From Octopus sinensis (taxonomy: Eukaryota): a stretch of DNA of 6,254 nt. Below are positions 1 to 6,120 of this stretch, piece by piece; within the stretch, counting starts at the first letter, position 1; each line of letters begins with the position of its first letter. The DNA lies in NCBI RefSeq assembly GCF_006345805.1, contig NW_021829447.1, positions 1 through 6,254 on the forward strand. The letters are read 5' to 3'. The notes beneath the pieces were generated by a model. It searched no databases. It saw only the letters and a list, made by a program, of their open reading frames with translations, and was not told where the DNA came from. The translations under genes were made by a program, and so were the position numbers.

Positions 1-643
1 TATAACGCTTAAAATCGTCTTGACTATTAATTTTGCCATGAAGAGAAACCATTGGGTCGGCAAATTTCCAAGATATAGCCCTCCAGGTCATTACAGATAC
101 TCCTCCATTGTTTAACAGTTGGAAGAAGGCACTCTGGGAAGAAAATGCTTCTTTTGGCTATCTCTACACGTATGCCCGGCCGGTGGTAAGAAATAAGGTA
201 AAGAATGACTCATCCCAGAAAATAAAATTCTCCCACTGCCCTAGGGATCAATTCTGTAGGTTTTTACTCCACTCTAATCGCTTTGCAACGTTTGTTTTTG
301 AAAATAGTAGTTTTCTGATTGCAGCCTCCCCGTGAAACCCGGCTTTGTGCAGCTTCCGGCGAACAGTTTTTGAGGAAACTGGGTTCTCTGCAGTAATTTT
401 GGGAGTTGTACTTTTGTGATCCTTTCTAACAATTCGCATGAGTCCAACAGTCCCTATCTGAAAGTTTTGGTTTTCTTCCGGAGTTTTGCTTCGACGAGGA
501 GGTTTTTCCCCCTTAAAGGATATCATTATTTTCGAAACAGTACTTCTTGATAAACCAAACATTTCGACTTTTTTCGTTACACTAACGCTTGCCATAAGAG
601 CACCAACAATTTGACCTCTTTGAAAATCCGATAGAGCTGTTAT
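1..643 (-). pseudogene. Tc1-like DDE transposase pseudogene (N-terminal paired-like HTH DNA-binding domain plus start of catalytic domain)
   Basis: Manual minus-strand translation across frameshifts: (ATA at 641-643, probable ex-ATG) TALSDFQRGQIVGALMASVSVTKKVEMFGLSRSTVSKIM / GKTSSSKQNSGRKPKLSDRD / RIVRKDHKSTTPKITAE-NPVSSKTVRRKLHKAGFHGEAAIRKLLFSKTNVAKRLEWSKNLQN*SLGQWENFIFWDESFFTLFLTTGRAYV*R*PKEAF / PECLLPTVK / GGVSVMTWRAISWKFADPMVSLHGKINSQ. This matches Tc1 hallmarks: LSDFQRGQIVG, SxxTVRRxLH, W..V/IFxDES (first catalytic Asp at 212-214), TVKHGGGSVMxWG. Premature stops at 248-250, 164-166 and 158-160, and at least 4 frameshifts. Confidence 0.92.
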
Positions 644-805
644 TTTAATGAATTTTAATGAGCTTTTTCTGATGATACCAGAAAAGAAACAGCAATTTTA
701 GCAAAACATACTAAGCAACACTTATAATAAATAAATAAAAAAACACAAAAATAAACAAGCTTCTGACGGTTTTATAGATATTTCAAAATATGATGCTATG
801 ATGCT

Positions 806-833
806 AGGTGTTTCTATTATTTTGGTCTAACTC

Positions 834-836
<3 letters not shown>
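806..836 (-). repeat. Tc1 left terminal inverted repeat (one copy; partner outside window)
   Basis: Minus strand CAGGAGTTAGACCAAAATAATAGAAACACCT, directly abutting TA. It resembles the CAG...GAAACACC ends of Tc1-like elements. The inner boundary is approximate because the right TIR is not visible. Confidence 0.72.

Positions 837-912
<76 letters not shown>
837..912. repeat. Perfect (TA)38 microsatellite
   Basis: Direct reading: 76 nt of uninterrupted TA. Confidence 0.98.
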
Positions 913-915
<3 letters not shown>

Positions 916-992
916 GTTTGTATAGAGACATACAGATATATGCAGTTGCATACAAATATAATTAGACATACATATACACATATATGTATATA
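913..992. repeat. Degenerate TA/CATA low-complexity flank
   Basis: Eroded TA/CATA/TACA units continuing from the (TA)38 array. Confidence 0.6.
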
Positions 993-1367
993 AGAGTCTC
1001 ACAGAATTGAAAAAGCAACTGGCGGCATAAACATATTAAGATGATAAATGGCGTTTCTGTAGAAATGACTGTGTTCGTAAAACTTAGAATTTCCATCAGC
1101 GGGAATCACCCGAAGAACTACTTGAAGAATTCTGGATTCGATATTTCTAACACACGTAAACACATATGCTTACGTGTGTATGTATATAACGTATGGGGTT
1201 TGGGATCGAACGCCACTCCACAAACGATACACTGCAAAATAGTCGAAAAATGCACACCATATGTTAACGGTTCAAAAAACTGAAGGCTATTCGTAGCTGA
1301 AAAACTCAGATCCTTTTCAGATCTAAGAAATATAATTCACTGCTGGATTCTAGATCCGAAAATTTAC

Positions 1368-1525
1368 CTGTTGTAAACATATGACTAAGTTCCTGTTGAC
1401 GAATGAGTGAGTGCTTTCCTCTCCTGATTGAATAACTGTATCACAGACTCTGAGTCACTATCTTTGCAGCCTTATATTTTACGGCCTAAGGGGAAATAAT
1501 TCTAATAACCCACTTTTGGTTCTTT
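1368..1525 (-). other. Candidate internal exon (158 nt), non-coding or carrying a start codon at its 3' end
   Basis: Minus strand: long CT tract, then CTTCTTCCTTCAG| acceptor (AG at 1527-1526) and CAG|GTAAAT donor (GT at 1367-1366). All three frames contain stops. The only ATG is at 1380-1378 (ATG TTT ACA ACA G|). No expression evidence. Confidence 0.3.
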
Positions 1526-1527
1526 CT

Positions 1528-1887
1528 GAAGGAAGAAGAGAGATAAAAGGAGAGAGAGAGACAGACAGAAGGAGAGAAAGAGAGGAGGGCAAGGAAGAGA
1601 GAGAGGGGAAGTAAACGAGAGGGAGAAAGAAATAAGAGGGAGAGAGAAATGTGAGAGAGATGTGAGGGAGAGAGAGGGGGGAGTTGAGGAGAGGGAAAAG
1701 ATGGGATGGAAAGAGAGCGAAAGGAGAAAGAGAAATGAGAGAGGGAGAGAGAGTGAAAGAGAGCGAGAGAGAGCAAAGGGAGAATAAGAGACAAAGAGAG
1801 GGGGGGAAGAGAGAAAGATAGTGAGAGGTAGAAAGAGCGAGAGAGAGACAAAGAGAGGAAGACAGTTGGGAGAAAGACAGGGATAGA
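1528..1887. repeat. Polypurine (GA-rich) / polypyrimidine tract, degenerate (GA)n/(GGA)n/(GAAA)n
   Basis: About 360 nt that are almost entirely A/G on the plus strand. The S/L/P-rich ORFs at 1479-2039 and 1486-1851 are translations of its complement. Confidence 0.95.
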
Positions 1888-2024
1888 TTTGTCTTAAAGA
1901 CTGTCTTCATTTGTCTTCTCATTAACGCGTCAATTGTTAATGAAGGATTTGGTTTCCATGGTGCTTCTAGAATTAACAAACAACGAGAGATATTTTGCTC
2001 TAAAGAAACAGCAATAGAAAAACA

Positions 2025-2048
2025 GACGACGACGACCACGACGGCGAC
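2025..2048. repeat. Short imperfect (ACG)n trinucleotide repeat
   Basis: GACGACGACGACCACGACGGCGAC. Confidence 0.7.
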
Positions 2049-2269
2049 ATTCTTTTTGGTTGCTTTTGGTCTTTTGTTGGGTTTTTGTTGTTGCTAACCG
2101 TGAACTATGAAATAATCTTTTTTCAGCTTATCGTACTTTGAGACGGGATACAATTCACAACCTTCTGCGCCAATAAAACCCTGTTGTTCTTGAAAGTCGC
2201 TTTTAAAAATCTTCTACGGATTGCTTGAAGCTCTCTAACTTCATGCACTTGATCCTTGAATCATACCTT

Positions 2270-2461
2270 TATATATATATATATATATAATTATATATAT
2301 ATATATATATAATATATATAATAATATATATGTGTGTGTGTATGTATGTATTGTGTGTGTATGTATGTATGTGTGTGTGTATGTATGTATGTATGTGTGT
2401 GGTGTGTATGTATGTATGTATGTATGTATGTATGTATGTACATATGTATGTATGTATGTAT
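2270..2461. repeat. Compound microsatellite (TA)n-(TG)n-(TATG)n
   Basis: TA-rich 2270-2330, TG 2331-2340, then TATG units interrupted by TG runs to 2461. Confidence 0.96.
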
Positions 2462-2462
2462 T

Positions 2463-2496
2463 TCAAATGACTGAAACAAGTAAAAGAGTAAAAGAG
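2463..2496 (+). mobile_element. Orphan 3' terminus of an octopus-type SINE (or of its partner LINE)
   Basis: TCAAATGACTGAAACAAGTAAAAGAGTAAAAGAG ends in tandem (GTAAAAGA)2. It matches my recollection of the 3' end of the abundant Octopus SINE family; not database-verified. Confidence 0.62.
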
Positions 2497-3163
2497 ATAT
2501 GTACAACGTATGCAAAATAACAAAATAATCTGTATGAATTACAGAAATAATAAATGAATGGTGCAGGGAAAGAGAAATCTATGAGAATCGGTGGACAATA
2601 CTTTAGAGTTTATAACAAATGGGTTTAGAACGGTAACACTATAGTAATTGTTTATAAAATGTGGCTATTCTGGAAAATCTGAAATTCATTGAAAAGATCA
2701 CAACCCACACATGAGCAAGCATGACACATGGCTTAACAGCAGGCGAGCTGCATTATTTAAAAAACCTCAACGTAATTTCTTGATAGGCTGGCTGTTTAAG
2801 AAGTCCTGTAGCGCGCATTTTACCCATGATTGGTCAATGTTTATATAACCCATTTATAAAATGTTATATTTGGAAGACTTTTATACTTGATTAATCTCAT
2901 TAATATATTATAAGATAAATCAATTACAAAATCGTATTCAAAATGAACTTTTGTAATAAATTTTAATCTACTTTTACCAAAGAGTCAACCCATTAATAAA
3001 TATTATTTTGAATCAACCGCATAAAACCTATCCTGTCCGCTTAATCGTACCAGATCTCGTTACAAATAATGATTTCTTTTTATCGGTTGGCAGACATAAG
3101 CACCGATTAGCAAACAATTTGTTCGCTGAAAGTATAAACACAACCATTGGATGCGAGTTCCGG

Positions 3164-3218
3164 CTGCATCTAACTGATGAGACACAGTATGTCAAAACAG
3201 CGGTGTCTCAGAATGTGG
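3164..3218 (+). ncRNA. Type I hammerhead-ribozyme-like motif, probably degenerate (G12 to A)
   Basis: CUGAUGA (3174-3180); stem II GACA/UGUC with loop CAGUA (3181-3193); AAAA in place of GAAA (3194-3197); stem III ACA/UGU with loop GCGG; GUC triplet (3205-3207); imperfect stem I (3164-3173 with 3208-3218). Confidence 0.4.
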
Positions 3219-3676
3219 AACTCCAATGAGCCTGATGTGTTGAACACACTGTCGTCTTTAAAGGAAGAACGTATTCTCCTAAGACTTACACAATAGTGAT
3301 CACTGTGTTTTGCATGTGGAATTGCTTAGCCATGTTAAGAATAAATGTGTATTTATTCGTTCCACATCAGGCTGTACACAATACAAAAAAACATCTGTAT
3401 GCATGTCGTCCAGTAGTATGCTACTGTATGTAACTGATCAGAATGATGCTACCATCGGTTTCGCGCCGACTCTTGCGCTTGAAAATATCATAGACTCGGC
3501 CCTCATGCTGGTCGGAAGCAGGCAGCCTTTTTAATATTTATAAAAATAGACTCTTTAGTACTGGTTTCTACTCACTCTACTATAACTAAAATACTAGCTA
3601 ACTGATTGGCATCGTTCATTGTGTTAGCATATGTTTGAGGGGCAGGGTTTCTATAATTTTATGTGATATTATTTCC

Positions 3677-3694
3677 ATATATATATATATATAT
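3677..3694. repeat. (AT)9 microsatellite
   Basis: Direct reading. Confidence 0.9.
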
Positions 3695-3975
3695 TAATTT
3701 ATATAAGAACTTTTTGCGTAATGAGATAACATTAGAACTGTGTATATAGAAGCTGTAAAACCTATCTACAAATTTGCTAATATCTGCACAGCCTCGGTTT
3801 TATTTTATTTTATTACGCAAAGAATTCTTATATAGACACGTTGACGTATAAACAACGTTGAACCCCTTATTCGCAAAATTACCGAAGTTGGAACTTAACT
3901 ATGGTCCGTCTATAGAACTTATTCAGCATTACCTGACACCTTTGGGTCTCAATGACACCATTATCTCTTCAAACC

Positions 3976-4213
3976 TATATTTATTTATACATATATCTAT
4001 ATGCATAAGTATGTATCTATATATGTATATGTATATACAAAAATATCAATATTATATATCTGTATATATATAATAGTATAGTAGTATGTAGTATGTATGT
4101 ATGTATATGTATGTATGTATGTATGTTGTTATATATTGATATGTATACATTATATTCATATATATTCATATGTAATCTATATATATATATATATGTATAC
4201 AGGTGTGTTTATA

Positions 4214-4258
<45 letters not shown>

Positions 4259-4290
4259 TATATATATATATATATATATATCTATCTATA
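3976..4290. repeat. Large compound TA/TATG microsatellite region including (AT)20 at 4217-4256
   Basis: Direct reading. It is the source of the IYIY/MYV ORFs at 4093-4395 and 4097-4309. Confidence 0.95.
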
Positions 4291-4413
4291 TTTCGTTTTG
4301 GGATTTTGATTTGCAAGATTCTTTATGTGAGTTCGTGTGTTGAAGCAAAACTATTGAAAACGTTGCAAGACGCAACGAAAATTTTAGAAATATAAACAAG
4401 AAATGTGGAAATT

Positions 4414-4443
4414 TATATATATATACATACATACATATATATA
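4414..4443. repeat. TA/CATA microsatellite
   Basis: Direct reading. Confidence 0.9.
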
Positions 4444-5518
4444 GGGAGAAAATAAGTTCTCTTTGGTTTTTTCTCTGCATGCATGTACAATTTTACTTTA
4501 ATATTGTAACTTTTTTAAAACATAATCTTGCCTATCACTTTTTTACCTCGTGTAAAACATATATACATATATTTTTTCGTTTTTCAATATTAATATGTAT
4601 ATGTATAACTCTCTACGGTCCTTTTTCTACTAGTGCACCTGTTACGTTATATTCTACTATACACACGTGGCCCTGTTTATTATACTTTGTCTCGACCTGT
4701 TACCATTTTTTGAAAAACATACCCGTCAGCTTTGCATTCTTATTTTTACGTTATAGTTGACCGCACATATAGACGTGCTTACACATTGGTATCTCCCTCC
4801 TTTTTTCCCTTTCGTCTTTCTTACTATTATTATTACTGTTATTTTCCCCCTTTTAAAACTTGCTAGCAAATATCCGAATTTTTTTCCCTATTACCCCAAT
4901 TGTATTCTACATTATTCTATCTTATTTTAATTTACTTTATTCTATTAAACCTTTTCCGATGTCATCACAAACATTCTTCACACTGATGAAAATGACAATG
5001 AATAAATTTAATTATAATTACTACGGTTATGATTTTTTCTTACATATTTGTATTGTCCTTTGAAACGCGCATATGTATTGATTCCTATTTTGTATAAAAT
5101 CAGTTTTGATTCAACATCTTTTTCTCCTCCATTTTTCTATAATTGTTTATGGTATGTTTATACCTATAACACATATGATGAATTATTTTCTGGTTGTGTC
5201 TGTCTTGCGAATTTTTTAACAGAGTCCAACAAAAAAAAACAATTTCTAATGAGTCCTTCCGATTTCTAAGTAGATGGTACTAAAAAAAATTTGGTCCTTA
5301 TTTCTTGTAGGCCGATATTCTCCAACGCCATCCCTCCTTTGTTTCATAGACAGGCAGAGGTTGCACGCTAGAGTATTGTAATGGAAATAAATGGCGATGT
5401 AAAAGTATATTGTGACATAACATGACAGACAACTCCAGTTTTATTAATGTGGTACGTCATTACATGTCTAGAAAATATGTCAGCAGATTTATAACGATTT
5501 ATAATTTTTGAAGATGAA

Positions 5519-5553
5519 TATATATATTCATTTATACATACATGCATGTATAT

Positions 5554-5607
<54 letters not shown>

Positions 5608-5647
5608 CACGTGCGTGCGTATATATATATATATATATATATATATA
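5519..5647. repeat. Compound microsatellite: TA/CATA, (TG)22 at 5562-5605, GCACGTGCGTGCG, (TA)14 at 5620-5647
   Basis: Direct reading. Confidence 0.96.
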
Positions 5648-6109
5648 AGCAAAACAGCCAGTAGTAAAATCTCAAAAAGAGATCAGAGTAGTAACTATGC
5701 TAACAAGTAAATTTAATCACCACATCAAAGTGGCTGCTCCATTTTATGACTAGTTGTAACCCCACGCTGATTCTCCACCAGCTGGTTGTCGGTGCGACGC
5801 GGCACCCTTTATGTACAATATATATTGTTAGTAAGAGGAGCGAACACCTACCATCCTCTAGCAGACAACAGGATCACGAGACTGAGTTCGTTTCGAAGTG
5901 GTTGGCTCATCTTCATTTCTGAGTACCTGGTCGCCAGAGTGACAGACAGAATCCGCTCCAGTCAGCAATATATTGCAAACAAAGCGATCATACACACAAA
6001 CATACATATACGATGGGCTTCTTTGAGTTTCCGTCTACCAAATCCACTCACAAGGCTTTGGTCGTCTTGACCCTAAATCAGAAGATACTTGTCCAAGGTG
6101 CCACTCAGT

Positions 6110-6120
6110 GGGGATGAATC
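6110..6120 (-). promoter_or_regulatory. Degenerate Pol III B box of the SINE
   Basis: GATTCATCCCC versus consensus GGTTCRANNCC, about 32 nt downstream of the A box. The core GTTC is changed to ATTC, so it is probably inactive. Confidence 0.55.

Larger units (their letters stand above)
1..836 (-). mobile_element. Tc1/mariner (Tc1-family) DNA transposon, left end, degenerate; continues beyond window position 1
   Basis: The minus strand starts TA|CAGGAGTTAGACCAAAATAATAGAAACACCT (TA at 837-838, element from 836). About 190 nt of AT-rich leader follows, then a recognisable Tc1 transposase from 643 down to 1. The CAG start flanked by TA is typical of Tc1-like elements. Confidence 0.9.

Noticed and set aside
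108-335. 75-aa plus-strand ORF
   Set aside because: Antisense shadow of the Tc1 transposase, with a TTG start and no recognisable motif.
669-690. CTGATGA...GAAAC inside the Tc1 leader (also CTGATGA at 4983-4989)
   Set aside because: No stem II can form and there is no stem III or cleavage triplet.
808-1002. IYIY-rich ORFs on both strands
   Set aside because: Translations of the (TA)38 array.
1150-1179. 10-bp inverted repeat ACACACGTAA/TTACGTGTGT with 10-nt spacer
   Set aside because: Half of each arm is CA/TG microsatellite-like sequence, which is abundant here. No T-run or other context.
1202-1211. Good B-box match GTTCGATCCC on the minus strand
   Set aside because: No convincing A box upstream, no cloverleaf, and no SINE body downstream.
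1041-1283. 80-aa ORF MINGVSVEM...
   Set aside because: No recognisable domain, no convincing splice signals, and a length expected by chance.
1321-1406. Plus-strand pseudo-exon (TCCTTTTCAG| ... TGA|GTGAGT)
   Set aside because: Short pyrimidine tract and stops in all frames. It shows how easily splice-site pairs arise by chance and tempers the minus-strand exon call.
1479-2039. 186-aa and 121-aa S/L/P/F-rich minus-strand ORFs
   Set aside because: Low-complexity translations of the CT tract.
2269-2523. HTYI/MYVC ORFs
   Set aside because: Microsatellite translations.
2827-2848. NF-Y-like TGATTGGTCA next to TTATATAA as a core promoter
   Set aside because: The motifs are only about 5 nt apart, which is not canonical CCAAT-TATA spacing, and TATA-like words are ubiquitous in this DNA.
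3008-3534. 73-aa and 74-aa plus-strand ORFs
   Set aside because: No homology recognisable to me and no splice framing. The region is better explained by inverted repeats.
3858-4073. 71-aa ORF, plus TGACACC direct repeat (3934, 3953) and minus-strand CAG|GTAATG donor
   Set aside because: TTG start and runs into a microsatellite. The donor has no upstream polypyrimidine acceptor.
4197-4210. TACAGG next to TA repeats as a second Tc1 end
   Set aside because: Only 6 nt match the TIR and the sequence diverges immediately.
4093-5269. Several 64-100-aa I/Y/F/L-rich ORFs
   Set aside because: Compositional artefacts of TA repeats and T-rich DNA.
5368-5652. 94-aa minus-strand ORF with HTHT run
   Set aside because: Starts within microsatellites, with a TTG start.
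5786-6070. 94-aa plus-strand ORF
   Set aside because: Runs antisense into the SINE and has no recognisable domain.
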